Notes: generated by a model from the letters alone, not told the origin. Shown: positions 1 to 13,106, counted from the first letter of the whole stretch. The stretch is 63,712 nt of DNA, filler included, from Octopus bimaculoides (GCF_001194135.2; 3 parts of 3 records of this genome joined end to end with filler, not necessarily neighbours in it); one strand, 5' to 3'. Translations and numbers: made by a program.

Positions 1-10
1 AGATAGATAG

Positions 11-97
<87 letters not shown>
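1..97. repeat. (AGAT)n microsatellite
   Basis: Near-perfect AGAT tandem run. Confidence 0.99.
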
Positions 98-98
<1 letters not shown>

Positions 99-107
99 GC
101 AATGTGA

Positions 108-415
108 AAGAGCATGGCTTAGTGGTTAGGGTATTGCACACACGATTGCGAAATCGTGAGTTCGATTCCCAGACCGGGTGTTGCTTTATGTTCTTGAGCA
201 AAGCACTTCATTTAACGTTGCTCTGCGATCATTTCATCACGTAGCGCACGGTGCACCTATAAAAGTAAAGTCTATTTGATGGAGGGAGGCGGGAGTGAGC
301 TTATGTGTACACAAACATTTGATTACTATAAACAAAATCATCTGTGTGGTTGTTCGGCAAGAAATTGTCGAACGCTCATACATCGTCTGACGACGGTAGA
401 GTCCATGATATATAC
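108..415 (+). mobile_element. tRNA-derived SINE (family A)
   Basis: A box GGCTTAGTGGTTAGG (~116-130) and B box GAGTTCGATTCCC (158-170), followed by TTGAGCAAAGCACTTCATT body; related copies at 2351, 42380, 53935. Confidence 0.8.
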
Positions 416-827
416 ACAATAGCTATAACGATAGAGAAAATGGCGACTGATTCATCCTGAAAATTTATTTCTCTTTATTTTATAATGTCATAAAAGGAAA
501 TGAATTTTGAGGATGTACCAGACTCCAAATTCTCTATCGTTATAATTATGCGCGCGCACACACACACACTCACAAGCACGCATGTTCGCATGCACACGCG
601 CACGCGCGCGCGCATACACACACACACACATTCTCTTTCGCAAGAATATTATCGACAGTGACGATGATAATCAGACGGTGGCTTAGCTGACCGAAACTTC
701 AAAGCCACTGTCAATAGTATTCTTGTTAAAGAGTAATGAATTTGTACCGTACAGAGTAACCCTTAAGATTAATGTAAAATTTGTTTTTATGATAAATGAA
801 CATAAAAAAAACAAACAATCTTTTATG

Positions 828-975
828 TTTTACTTGTATAAGTCATTAGACTGCGGCCATGCTACGAGCTTCCTTCAGTTTCCGTCTACCAAATCCACTC
901 ACAAGGCTTTGATCAGCCCTGGGCTGTAGTAGAAGACACTTGCTCAAGGTATCACGTGACTGAAGCTGGTTCCAC
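828..975 (-). mobile_element. CORE-like SINE fragment, internally deleted
   Basis: CTTCAGTTTCCGTCTACCAAATCCACTCACAAGGCTTT matches the reverse complement of the full copies at 19986 and 47660. Confidence 0.8.
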
Positions 976-1061
976 GCCTGCGCCTCTGTGTGTGTGTGTA
1001 CGCACATCCATAAAGAACGCAGAATATGTATGTATATATATATATTCAAATAATGTAAGAC

Positions 1062-1128
<67 letters not shown>

Positions 1129-1785
1129 GTGAAAGCGAAGAGACAGAGAGATGGAGGGAGAGGAGATTAAGATATGTAATTACACCGAAATGTTAACAAG
1201 CAAAAGTGGGATCAAGTCCCAGTGGATCCCTATTTTTTATTCTCTCTCATTGGGAATATTTTATGTATTAGCACGCCTCATTGTTTTCTGAAATGTAAAC
1301 AACATTTATACAACTACTTACCGGCGCATACATACATACATACATACATACATACATACATACATACATACATACATACATACATGCATACATACATAGA
1401 CATACATACAAACACGCACATACACACATACATAAATGTATGTATGGAAGTATACAATCAATTAGTTCTCCGTACGTTAGAAGGAAAGCGCGTTCAGTGT
1501 AACAAAATGGTTATGTTCTATATATATAAATATATCTCCACCCGGTTTAAATGCATAACAAGTCTCCGATATTCAAGTGTTAGAAGAAGGGCTCCAAGTG
1601 TCACGACCAGAATGAGTCCCGGCTCCCTTAGTGTAAGAAGTTCAGGGCCGAAACACTTCCCTGGGGGGATTTNNNNNNNNNNNNNNNNNNNNNNNNNNNN
1701 NNNNNNNNNNNNNNNNNNNNNNNNNNNNNNNNNNNNNNNNNNNNNNNNNNNNNNNNNNNNNNNNNNNNNNNNNNNGTTTATTGAG

Positions 1786-2080
1786 CGAAAACACCTAAAA
1801 GCTCCACGGGGCTCTGGCAGGGGATGGTGGCGAACTCTGCTTTACTCTTTCACCACAACTTTCTCTCACTCTTACTTCCTGTTTCTGTTGTGCCCGTAAT
1901 TCAAAGGGTCGTCAGCCTTGTCACACTGTGTCACGCTGAATATCCCCGAGAACTACGTTAAGGGTACACGTGTTTGTGGAGTGCTCAGCCACTTGCACAT
2001 TAATTTCACGAGCAGGCTGTTCCGTTGATCGGATCAACTGGAACCCTCGACGTCGTAAGCGACGGAGTGCCAACAACAAT
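1786..2080 (+). mobile_element. SINE body: spacer plus AGCCTTGTCACA...GACGGAGTGCCAACAACAA tail
   Basis: Spacer shared with 46367 and 59446 copies; tail shared with 51836 and 53935 copies; head falls in the N gap. Confidence 0.75.
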
Positions 2081-2350
2081 TTTATATACTACTTGACAAT
2101 ATATGAAAATTAAATACATACACACACTGACGCACGCACACGCATGCATATAAAAACTTTCAAATATTATTTAGCGCTTCTTTTAATTTTATTTTTCTAA
2201 AATTTCTATTTATTAACTGAATGTAAAATAAGTAAATAAATAAAAGAATATACAAATAAATAAATAAATCCTCAGATATTTTCGGTTGTTCTCTCTTCAA
2301 CTATTAAATTTCATTAATTCACTGTTCTCTAAATATTTTCTTGAAAGTTA

Positions 2351-2480
2351 AGGTGCGTGACCTAGTGGTTATGGTGTTGCACTGAAAATCGCAAGATCGT
2401 TGTTTCAATTCTCGGATCAGGTGATCAAAACACTGCATTTTACATTGTTCAGTCCACTCGGCTGTAAATGAGTAACTAAA
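2351..2480 (+). mobile_element. Degenerate tRNA-derived SINE head (family A)
   Basis: GGTGCGTGACCTAGTGGTTATGG A box, GTTTCAATTC B box, CAGTCCACTCGGCTGTAAATGAGT body. Confidence 0.65.
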
Positions 2481-2819
2481 CCGGCGACGAACTGTAATAT
2501 TAGGGAATCAGTACACTACACTGAGGTAGATCATTTCGTTAGTTTCCCGTGCGATACCTCCTTTTATCCAACATCAGTAAGAAACATTAATTTCTTATCA
2601 TAACATCGTTGAACCATGTGAAACGGCTTTGTTTCTTTAACCTTTTAGTCTGGAGAAAAGACATTGCCCATGATCCTTTGTATGGCCTCCAAAACATGTA
2701 AAGAGGAAAGTAGAAAGGATGAAAAGTGTCCTCAAACAAGACATTGCACGAACTGCTGGCACCTAATGTACCAGGCGATGTTGTTAAACTAGGCAACAAA
2801 ATTGTTTATCATCCAAGTA

Positions 2820-3250
2820 GGACATTGCGGGATTTGCACTCGAAGCAAATACCACAAGTTATCTGATCGGCAGCCCTGCTTTGATACTTTTTTAAGAATC
2901 TCCCCAGAAAAAGATAAAAAGCAAATTTGACCTTGACGACATTTGAATTCAGTACGCAAAAGTTCGGTACAAATGCCACAAGGTATCCGATCCACCGCTC
3001 TAGTTTCACACGTGCTTAACGACTCTCGAAAGGATAAAAAGCGAAGCTGAACTTGATGGGATTTGAACTCAGAGCGCTGAGTCGGAACAATTACTACCCA
3101 GAGATCCGCCACACAGCCCTAATTTTATATATTTTTTTACCGATTCCTGAAAGGATGAAGAACAGAGTTGATTTTGGCTGGATTTGAATTCGGAGTGTAG
3201 AGAGTCGTAGCAAAATATTACGAAGTATTCTATCCAACGTCCCTAACGTC
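2820..3250 (-). repeat. Tandem array of 3-4 partial Nin/Deu-like SINE units (~120-bp period)
   Basis: GAAA(A/G)GAT(A/G)AA motifs at ~2908, ~3029, ~3149, each followed by (G/C)ATTTGAA(T/C)TC(A/G)G. Confidence 0.7.
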
Positions 3251-4640
3251 TCTACCAATTCACCACCTTAAATACATATATATGTTTACTGTAAAGAATN
3301 NNNNNNNNNNNNNNNNNNNNNNNNNNNNNNNNNNNNNNNNNNNNNNNNNNNNNNNNNNNNNNNNNNNNNNNNNNNNNNNNNNNNNNNNNNNNNNNNNNNN
3401 NNNNNNNNNNNNNNNNNNNNNNNNNNNNNNNNNNNNNNNNNNNNNNNNNNNNNNNNNNNNNNNNNNNNNNNNNNNNNNNNNNNNNNNNNNNNNNNNNNNN
3501 NNNNNNNNNNNNNNNNNNNNNNNNNNNNNNNNNNNNNNNNNNNNNNNNNNNNNNNNNNNNNNNNNNNNNNNNNNNNNNNNNNNNNNNNNNNNNNNNNNNN
3601 NNNNNNNNNNNNNNNNNNNNNNNNNNNNNNNNNNNNNNNNNNNNNNNNNNNNNNNNNNNNNNNNNNNNNNNNNNNNNNNNNNNNNNNNNNNNNNNNNNNN
3701 NNNNNNNNNNNNNNNNNNNNNNNNNNNNNNNNNNNNNNNNNNNNNNNNNNNNNNNNNNNNNNNNNNNNNNNNNNNNNNNNNNNNNNNNNNNNNNNNNNNN
3801 NNNNNNNNNNNNNNNNNNNNNNNNNNNNNNNNNNNNNNNNNNNNNNNNNNNNNNNNNNNNNNNNNNNNNNNNNNNNNNNNNNNNNNNNNNNNNNNNNNNN
3901 NNNNNNNNNNNNNNNNNNNNNNNNNNNNNNNNNNNNNNNNNNNNNNNNNNNNNNNNNNNNNNNNNNNNNNNNNNNNNNNNNNNNNNNNNNNNNNNNNNNN
4001 NNNNNNNNNNNNNNNNNNNNNNNNNNNNNNNNNNNNNNNNNNNNNNNNNNNNNNNNNNNNNNNNNNNNNNNNNNNNNNNNNNNNNNNNNNNNNNNNNNNN
4101 NNNNNNNNNNNNNNNNNNNNNNNNNNNNNNNNNNNNNNTATATATATATATATGTAGCATGGCTGCATTGAAACAAACAAACAAAATATATTTAACCACA
4201 CATACACACGCACATACTCCCACATACACATATGCGCACAGATACACATATATACACACACACACACCTACACACTCAAACGCACACGTAAATACATGCA
4301 CTTACTGACACGCACGCACACACACACATACACACACACACGCACTCACTCTCAAATAGGCAGAAACGCACATAACTTATCCATACAAACACACGCATAC
4401 ATTTTAAAATATACACAAACACTCATACCTCTACACGTAAAAATATCTCCTCCTACTCTATTAATTTCTGTGTTACTCTACCTCTTCCTTCTCCTCACTG
4501 TCTCTCACCCACATATACACGCACACACACATATACACACACATACACACACACACACACACTGGTATCTCCACCCATATACTCCTGCATATTTGAAGAT
4601 GAAACAAGTGTGTACTGGGTGCAATAGATGAGTAATAGGG

Positions 4641-4671
<31 letters not shown>

Positions 4672-5301
4672 GAAGCTAAACTACAACAACAACAACAAGA
4701 CCATTTTTCATGGTCTTAGTGGGAAGGGTTACCCTTATGAACTATTATAGGAGCTCCGATATTGGTGGAGAAAAGAGAAGACAGAGAGATAGGAAGAGAG
4801 AAATAGAGGGAGGAAGGGAGAGAAGGAGAGATGAGAGAGAGGAGTGAGTTTGAGTGAGAGGGTGGGAGAGAGAATGGTATATGGTGTGAATGAATGCTTG
4901 CATCAGTGCTATCTTTGTAAAAGAAATCCAAGAATCAGGTGGTATTGGTGGTGGTGGTGGTGGTGGTGGTGTTGGTGTTGGTAGTGTCATTGTTGTTGGC
5001 AGCGATGATGGTGGTGTTCGTGGCAATCGTGGTTGTGGTGGTGTTGGTGTTGGTGTTGGTATTAAACAGAATGGCATATTAAGTATAAGACTGTTTGTTT
5101 TTCTAAATATACTTTGACAATTAATACATCATTTTGACCTTCTAACCATTCAGAGAAAGATGTAGATTTAATATCGCTGACCTTTGCCCTATAAATCATA
5201 TATTAATGCAAGTTAGATGGTGAATAAGCTCACCAGTCTGAGACTATACAATTGCCTTTTTATATTCTCTCTCTCTCTCTCTCTCACGCACCTCCTCTCT
5301 C

Positions 5302-5341
<40 letters not shown>

Positions 5342-5351
<10 letters not shown>

Positions 5352-5608
5352 CTAGTGTGTGTCTATGTATGCTTGCATGCACGTATGTGTGTATACGTAT
5401 GTACGTATGTAAGTATGTATGTATGTATGTATGTATGTGTGTATATGTGTGTGTATGTGTGTGTGTGTATGTATGTATGTATGTATGTATGCATGTATGT
5501 ATGTATGTATGTATGCATGCATATATGTATATATATGCATGTATTACGTATGTATGTATGTATGTATGTATGTATGTACGTACGTATGTCTGTATGTATG
5601 TATGTATA
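5342..5608. repeat. (TATG)n/(TG)n compound microsatellite, preceded by (CT)n and (TTTC)n
   Basis: Direct inspection; source of the MYVC/HTYI pseudo-ORFs. Confidence 0.95.
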
Positions 5609-6249
5609 TTCTCTTCTGTTTTTAATGGTTTAAATTCTTCCTCTGAGGAAAGAGCCGGCTTCTAAGAAAAAAGATACAAATCAGCATCCTGAGAATATAT
5701 GTATGTACATCCTCGTTTATCACGGGGGTTTGCTTAGAAAGTCATAAAAGAATCATCGATGAATGAATCATCACGCACTTTGTAAACAGAACGAATGGTA
5801 GAATGACTTGAAATTCTCGGGCTTACAACAATGAAGTTTCCACTGTCATATATATTTTTGATCATCTTTACCTTTTCCTGTGGAGAATATGCTCGTATGC
5901 GTAATTTGTTAGGATCGGCCACCTTCGTAATTTCATCTATTTACTGGTCCGATCTTGATGGGTACATGTACCTAAATCCGTATATAAGATATGCAGTCTT
6001 GCAGCTCGGTGATGTAAACATAAGCGATAGGCAATGAATTCTGGGTGGTCGAGCATTGTGGGTGGTCAATGGAGTGCAGTGGAGCACAAGAAGTTTCTTC
6101 TACTGGCTACCGACACGTGTCATTACAGATTAGTCCGCGATAAACGAAACATATTTCACAATTGAGCGTATCATGCTATTTCGGTTCAGTGATGAACGAA
6201 TCAATTCTAAATGAAACTACATGCACATACATAAATACATCTATTCATG

Positions 6250-6281
<32 letters not shown>

Positions 6282-7178
6282 CCACACGACACACACGCTT
6301 GCGCGCGCATATATATGTTGGTATTATATGAATTTAGAAGCTTTGAGAAAAATGTGAAATAATTATTCTCTAGAACGGAAACAGATAAAGGTATTAACAA
6401 TATTGTGTAATTATTTATTAGGTCTATACATTTGGAAGGATCTGAGGTTATACAACAATAATGTGAGTGTTATTTAATCGCTTCTGGTAATTCAAGCTTT
6501 ATAGTTTCAAAAAAATAATCATACANNNNNNNNNNNNNNNNNNNNNNNNNNNNNNNNNNNNNNNNNNNNNNNNNNNNNNNNNNNNNNNNNNNNNNNNNNN
6601 NNNNNNNNNNNNNNNNNNNNNNNNNNNNGATGAAATGTGTTTGGATGATATTCGAACTTGCTAAGGCTTTTCAAAGTTCTCGCTTACGACAAAATGGTGC
6701 TAAAACACTATAGTCAGCCCAGGGTGACCTCTATGGGACTGATGAATGCATTTCAAACTTGTTAATGATCTTAAGCCGCAGTTACCAAGGGAGGTAACTT
6801 TGAAATGATTAGGAAGCGAAGTTTCCTTTTTGTAAGTCGGTGGATATTATTTTCTGATTCCGTATATTGGCTGCCAGGCCGGAAAAAAAATACGTGAGTC
6901 GTTGAACCGGTTTCAAAGTTTACATAGTTTTGTTCACTGTTTCACGCGTCTAACGACACAATCTGGCCTCTGGAAGTCTTTACTTGAGTGCAGTCTACTT
7001 CTACTATTCAGAATGGAAACCTGATTAGAATGGAAACTTGATCTGAGGATAAAATACAAATATACATAGCCATCTGTGTGTCATATTTAACGTATATACA
7101 CCATAGAAAGTCATGATGCACTGGTATTTGTCTGAGAAATTCTTCTTAAAGATATGAGTTGAAAAAAAAAAAAAATTT

Positions 7179-7223
<45 letters not shown>

Positions 7224-7224
7224 G

Positions 7225-7865
7225 TCAGAACTAAGTAAACATCGTCTTAGAAGTGACTCACGAATTAGTCAGAGGGGCCTTGCCAATGACGTATACCTGA
7301 TCGTCACACGCCTAAACGAAATTCATCTCTTTGATATATGGGAAGCAGTGACTAATACATTCACTGATATTGCAGAAATCTTGCAATAAATTCGGTGTAC
7401 ACAACTGAAACAGCATTAGATTAAAATAACCATCTATGTATCATACATAACACCGTTGGCATGCATAATGCTGTGGCTTTCGTCTAAGAGAAAACCTCTT
7501 CATAGAATTGCCATGCTAAAACTGCAAAATACATATCAGTGCTAAACAAATGTCATCACATCAGTGACTCATGGGAACATTATATGCATTTCAGCGTTAT
7601 CAATGACTTATACTTGGTCGTCACATGCCCAAACGAAATTAGTCCCTCTGGTATATAGTGTACAGTCAATGATATTGCAAAAATCTGCTGGGCTATAATA
7701 AATTCCGTCTACACAAGTTAAAGAGTGTTAAATTAAAATAGCCATCTATAAATCATGCTAAATGTATATATTTTCTCTGAGAAAAAAATTCTTGATTGTC
7801 ATGTGTTACAAACACTATAGGCAGGCAAACATCGTCTCTGCAGTGGCCCACGAGAATGTCAGATG
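7225..7865. repeat. Diverged local tandem duplication, ~300-bp unit, about 2.2 copies
   Basis: CAATGAC.TATAC.TG.TCGTCACA.GCC.AAACGAAATT at 7284 and 7601; AAACATCGTC...CACGA...GTCAGA at ~7236 and ~7825. Confidence 0.75.
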
Positions 7866-9608
7866 CGTTTCGCCTGCTCCATTCTTATTTTTGTTTTGTT
7901 TTACATTTTCCCCTCCAACTGTTTCACGGGTCCTTTCAAAGAATTGCTATAGATATGCATTTCTTTCTTCTCTGATTAAGCACCAGACGTGATATAATAA
8001 CAATAACAATAGTTGTTGTACAACTTCAGGTTCAATTAAAAGTGTAGACCTATAATCTAAGACGTTCCAAATGTGACCGACTATACTAACAATTTTGTGT
8101 ACATATACTCATTGTCTGATGTGTTATTCAGTGTTTTTTTAAGACTGCTATTTGTGATTTGCTGGAGGATTTGGCTGGTATTACTAGTAGATCGACCAAC
8201 CGGATATAGTTTTCCCTACCCAGGTTAACTCAATGCCACCCATGTCAAATAGAAGTTGCTATCACCGAGGCTAATCTTCTGCATCTGTCCCGTTTAAACC
8301 ACCACCGCCAACAACAACAACAAGAACAAGAATAAGAACCCCAACATCAACAACAACAGCAACAACNNNNNNNNNNNNNNNNNNNNNNNNNNNNNNNNNN
8401 NNNNNNNNNNNNNNNNNNNNNNNNNNNNNNNNNNNNNNNNNNNNNNNNNNNNNNNNNNNNNNNNNNNNNNNNNNNNNNNNNNNNNNNNNNNNNNNNNNNN
8501 NNNNNNNNNNNNNNNNNNNNNNNNNNNNNNNNNNNNNNNNNNNNNNNNNNNNNNNNNNNNNNNNNNNNNNNNNNNNNNNNNNNNNNNNNNNNNNNNNNNN
8601 NNNNNNNNNNNNNNNNNNNNNNNNNNNNNNNNNNNNNNNNNNNNNNNNNNNNNNNNNNNNNNNNNNNNNNNNNNNNNNNNNNNNNNNNNNNNNNNNNNNN
8701 NNNNNNNNNNNNNNNNNNNNNNNNNNNNNNNNNNNNNNNNNNNNNNNNNNNNNNNNNNNNNNNNNNNNNNNNNNNNNNNNNNNNNNNNNNNNNNNNNNNN
8801 NNNNNNNNNNNNNNNNNNNNNNNNNNNNNNNNNNNNNNNNNNNNNNNNNNNNNNNNNNGTAGTAGTTGCGGTGGTAGTTGTGGTAGCAGTTGTGGTTGCG
8901 GTGGCAATGGTGGCGGAGACAGTAGGTGTGGTGGTGATTGTGGTGGTGGTAGTGATGGCGGTGGTAGTAGTGGCAATTGTAGTGGTGGCGGTGGTAGTGG
9001 TGGTAGTGGTTGCGGTAGTAGTAGTAGTAATAGTAGTAGTAGTAGCGGAATTAGTGGTAGCTAAAGATAGTGATAATGGTGGAGGAGGTGATAGTGGTGG
9101 TAGTGATAGCATTGGTGGTGGACGGTGATAATAGTGGTGGCCATGGCGGTAGTTGTGGTGCTAGTGATAGAGGGAATGGTGGGTGAACTGTATATAGGAA
9201 CAAATTCCTTGTTTTAAATCATTGGTACTAAATATCAAAACAAACTGCCTGCAAGTCTTTCAACAGCAGCATTACCAAAAACCATGACTACAGTATATAT
9301 ATACGTATATATATATTTGCATGTATATGCGTTTGTCGGTGCAACGAGGTCATAGAAACACAGAGGTTTATCAACTGAATTCCTGTATTTGTATTAACCA
9401 ATGCTGTATATAGACAGATACAACAATTTTGTCCTCAGAGACTGGTTAAGAACGTAGGTTTTTCGGTACAGAAAATGAGGGTGTATATGTTTATATGCAT
9501 AATGTATAAATACATCCGTACGCGCGTAAATATATAAACACACAAAGACAAAAAGATACACATACAGATTCATATATATCAACAAACACCCAAACACAAA
9601 CACACATA

Positions 9609-9644
<36 letters not shown>

Positions 9645-9970
9645 NNNNNNNNNNNNNNNNNNNNNNNNNNNNNNNNNNNNNNNNNNNNNNNNNNNNNNNN
9701 NNNNNNNNNNNNNNNNNNNNNNNNNNNNNNNNNNNNNNNNNNNNNNNNNNNNNNNNNNNNNNNNNNNNNNNNNNNNNNNNNNNNNNNNNNNNNNNNNNNN
9801 NNNNNNNNNNNNNNNNNNNNNNNNNNNNNNNNNNNNNNNNNNNNNNNNNNNNNNNNNNNNNNNNNNNNNNNNNNNNNNNNNNNNNNNNNNNNNNNNNNNN
9901 NNNNNNNNNNNNNNNNNNNNNNNNNNNNNNNNNNNNNNNNNNNNNNNNNNNNNNNNNNNNNNNNNNNNNN

Positions 9971-10011
<41 letters not shown>

Positions 10012-10105
10012 AGTGTATATGTGAGCATGTATGTATGTGTGAATGTATTAAACATGTACGCGCACATTATATTCAGTCACTCACGTACACAGACACACAC
10101 ACATA

Positions 10106-10175
<70 letters not shown>

Positions 10176-10849
10176 TACTTTTATACATACATGTGTGTAT
10201 ATGTATTCAAATATATATATATGTGTGTGTGTATTAAATATTTCAAACAGTCACGTAAACAGATACAAGCTAAAATGAGGAGGATATAACTATAACACCA
10301 GTAACATCAACACCATCAATAATAACAGCAAAACAGAACAAGACAGAGCGTAAACAAACAAACGCTCAAAGCAAGTACATAATTTTGGCGAGGTAATATT
10401 TCTCAGGAAGAGTAAAAGACTTAGAAGAACAGTGATTTCCTTGTCCAATTCAATCATTTTCACACCAACGCAATTAACGTCTGCTGTTTTTTTTTTTTTC
10501 TGCTGATATTTCCCTTACACGAAAAGAGCTGTGATGGAGATTTATCGCCCTACGCCATTTTTCTTTTTTTTTTCACATGTGCATACGTGTAAGCGTATGC
10601 AGTATTTGACCCAAGATATATTTAACTTAACAGTACCACCTGGCATAGTCCTTTAATCGATGTTTCGAGACACATTCAAGTAGGGAGTTGTTGTGTGTCG
10701 AGATGTGTGTACCTGGGATGTTGATTGTCTGATATTTCCTGGACGAATTATCTCAGTACAGTTTATATATAAATAAATAATAAATAAAAAAAAATGTGAA
10801 AATCACTAAAAAATATTCGGTAAATTTATAGTTTCACACCAGACTCGAT

Positions 10850-11370
10850 GTCGGTACGAAATAGTTTTTTCCCACGGTTTTTTTTTGGGGTGCAATCGTC
10901 TTAGTTGACCTCGTAAGCTGTCGGAAATGCATTCTTTCCGCGGAAAACGTAGGGAGTGGGGGTGGGGTGGAACTTTGGAAATTCTCATTTCCGACCCCAT
11001 CTCCTGCGCTTTTCTCGTTGCAATCGGTTTAATTGACCTCATAATGTGTGGGAAATGCATTTTGTCCGTGGAATATATGGAGAATACCAAATATTCTCTA
11101 ATGCCAATATATGACCATATAGATTTAAAAAGTAAGGAAAACCTTACATACAAAGAAAAAAAAAACTGTACATACAACAAATTAAAGAAAACCCGTTTTT
11201 TCCCGGTTTGCCCATTTACGTGGGAACTCTGGGCAAAATGCTATAGTGCATGACCATCCTTGTCACTCAAGTAATATGTGCGTAAAGGTTGGTGGAAATC
11301 GGTTGAGAATTGTAGAAATGTATGTGTTAGTCAATATACACACACATACTATGATCTATATATACTAGAC
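10850..11370. mobile_element. Possible non-autonomous Helitron-like or DNA element remnant
   Basis: Internal repeat GGAAATGCATT.T.TCCG.GGAA; AAAG.TTGGTGGAAATCGGTTGAGAATTGTAGAAATG followed by CA repeat resembles subterminal blocks of such elements; termini not resolved. Confidence 0.3.
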
Positions 11371-11787
11371 TACTTAAGCACACACATACACACACATATA
11401 CATAGATTTATTTCAGTTTGTTTCACTTTCGTACATTATATTTTATTTTATTTTATTTCTACTTTATTTACTGCATGTTTATTCTATTTTTACTTTTTAT
11501 TCCTATATTCATTTTATTTTTAGTTTTTATCTTTTTTTTATATTCCTTATATTTTTATTTAATTTTATTTTTATCCTATCTTTACTTAATTTCTGCTCAT
11601 ATATAAATCAATCAGTATACATTAAGAAGTAAATTGCAAAGGAACATATATACCACTACAAGTATATATTGATGTACACATTGTCATACATACTTTGTTG
11701 TGTGCGTTTGTATGTGTGTGTATATTCTTTTATTCATCATATTAATTTACCCATATACAACCCACCATTCATCATTATTACTATTAT

Positions 11788-11997
11788 TCTTTTCTACTCT
11801 AGGCACAAGGCCTGAAATTTTGGGGAAGGGGGCCAGTCGATTAGATCGATCCCAGTGCGCAACTGGTACTAAATATATCGACCCCGAAAGGATGAAAAGC
11901 AAAGTCTACCTCGGTGGAATTTGAGCTCAGAACACAAAGACAGACGAAATACCGCTAGGCATTTCGCCCGACGTGCTAAAGTTTCTGCCAGCTCGCC
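11788..11997 (-). mobile_element. tRNA-derived SINE with Nin/Deu-like core
   Basis: Minus strand: GGCGAGCTGGCAGAA A box, GAGCTCAAATTCC B box, TTTCATCCTTTCGGGGTCGATA..TTAGTACCAG core, GGCCTTGTGCCTAGAGTAGAAA tail. Confidence 0.85.
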
Positions 11998-12345
11998 GTC
12001 ATGTATGTATGTATGTATGTATGTATGTATGTATGTATGTATGCATGTATGTATGTATGTATTATGTATGTATGTATGTATGTATGTATGTATGTGTGTG
12101 TATGTATGAATGTATGTATGTATGTATAGACATACTCACACATAGACGCGCTACGTGATGCTATCTGTTTCAAGAAAACCTCACTTGTTTTTCGAGAATA
12201 TCCAAAAAAGCAGAATACAATTAACACGAAGCTATGAATAATTGTCTTTCAGGACATCACAATAGAACTGATTAGGAGCAAATATGAACCTTCATATCAA
12301 GCCTAACAAGTAAAACAATAAACGTACAGAACTCCAATCACTCAC

Positions 12346-12403
12346 CAGCCATAATAAAAAAACAAACAAAAAAAACAAAAATCATAGATAACATGAAAAA
12401 CAT
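12346..12403 (-). CDS. Candidate signal-peptide-like coding exon (MFFMLSMIFVFFVCFFIMA, phase-1 donor)
   Basis: ATG at 12403, 19 hydrophobic codons plus G, then GTGAGT; T-rich DNA produces such peptides by chance. Confidence 0.15.
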
Positions 12404-12592
12404 TTCCAAAGTATCATTTGACAGATATTTTAAACCATGCCATTCCTCATTATGGTGTGACTTCTGTGAGAAAACAGTACACAAGGAACATTTTCCCCAC
12501 AAAATTAGGAAGAGAAAATTAATTTGTTTTAGCCAGTTCTGCATTATGAATGTAATCCTCAACGAAGATAAGAATGTTCGTGCAAAGTATTC

Positions 12593-12692
12593 NNNNNNNN
12601 NNNNNNNNNNNNNNNNNNNNNNNNNNNNNNNNNNNNTTAATTAATTAANNNNNNNNNNNNNNNNNNNNNNNNNNNNNNNNNNNNNNNNNNNN
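12593..12692. other. Artificial scaffold-join marker (44 N + TTAATTAATTAA + 44 N)
   Basis: Exactly 100 nt with a central 12-mer carrying stops in all frames; identical structure at 37619-37718. Confidence 0.95.
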
Positions 12693-13106
12693 TGTGTGTG
12701 TGTGTGTATTTATATAAATATATCCATAGTACCCTAAGATAAAATTTCCTCTGTATTAACATCCTAGGTTTTATTAGCGTTTTACCCCTTTAACGGGTTA
12801 TTAACATCTTGATTTAGAGTTTTCCCCTACCCAGCCTCATTTTATAGACAGTTACTCTATATCCATTTTACTACTCCTAATGTCTTCTTCCCTTCCTGAA
12901 GAAAAGTGATACATATGACAATATATATGACCATACCTAGCCATGAGCTGTTAACTCACTCTTGCCCTTCATTCTAAACAGACACAGTCCTCAAGGCTTA
13001 CATTTAGTAGTTGATAAAAAGACAAATGAATTAGAAATGAACCATAATTCTTCAGAAGCTATGACCCCAATGAGCTTCATGCCATTCTTCGAAGTGTAGT
13101 CTATTC

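Noticed and set aside
108-175. tRNA gene-like A/B boxes (here and at other SINE heads)
   Set aside because: No complete cloverleaf; continuous with SINE bodies
3252-4301. Long ORFs spanning N runs (also at 8.3, 16.5, 28.3, 30.7, 33.5, 40.3, 58.8 kb)
   Set aside because: Open only because Ns contain no stops
5217-5665. [12 protein letters not shown] repeat ORFs throughout the window
   Set aside because: Microsatellite translations with no splice or domain support
5868-5885. 6-nt microexon-like CACAG|GAAAAG|GTAAAG on the minus strand
   Set aside because: Weak pyrimidine tract and no neighbouring exons
12637-12648. TTAATTAATTAA island inside Ns (also 37663-37674)
   Set aside because: Synthetic join linker, not biological sequence
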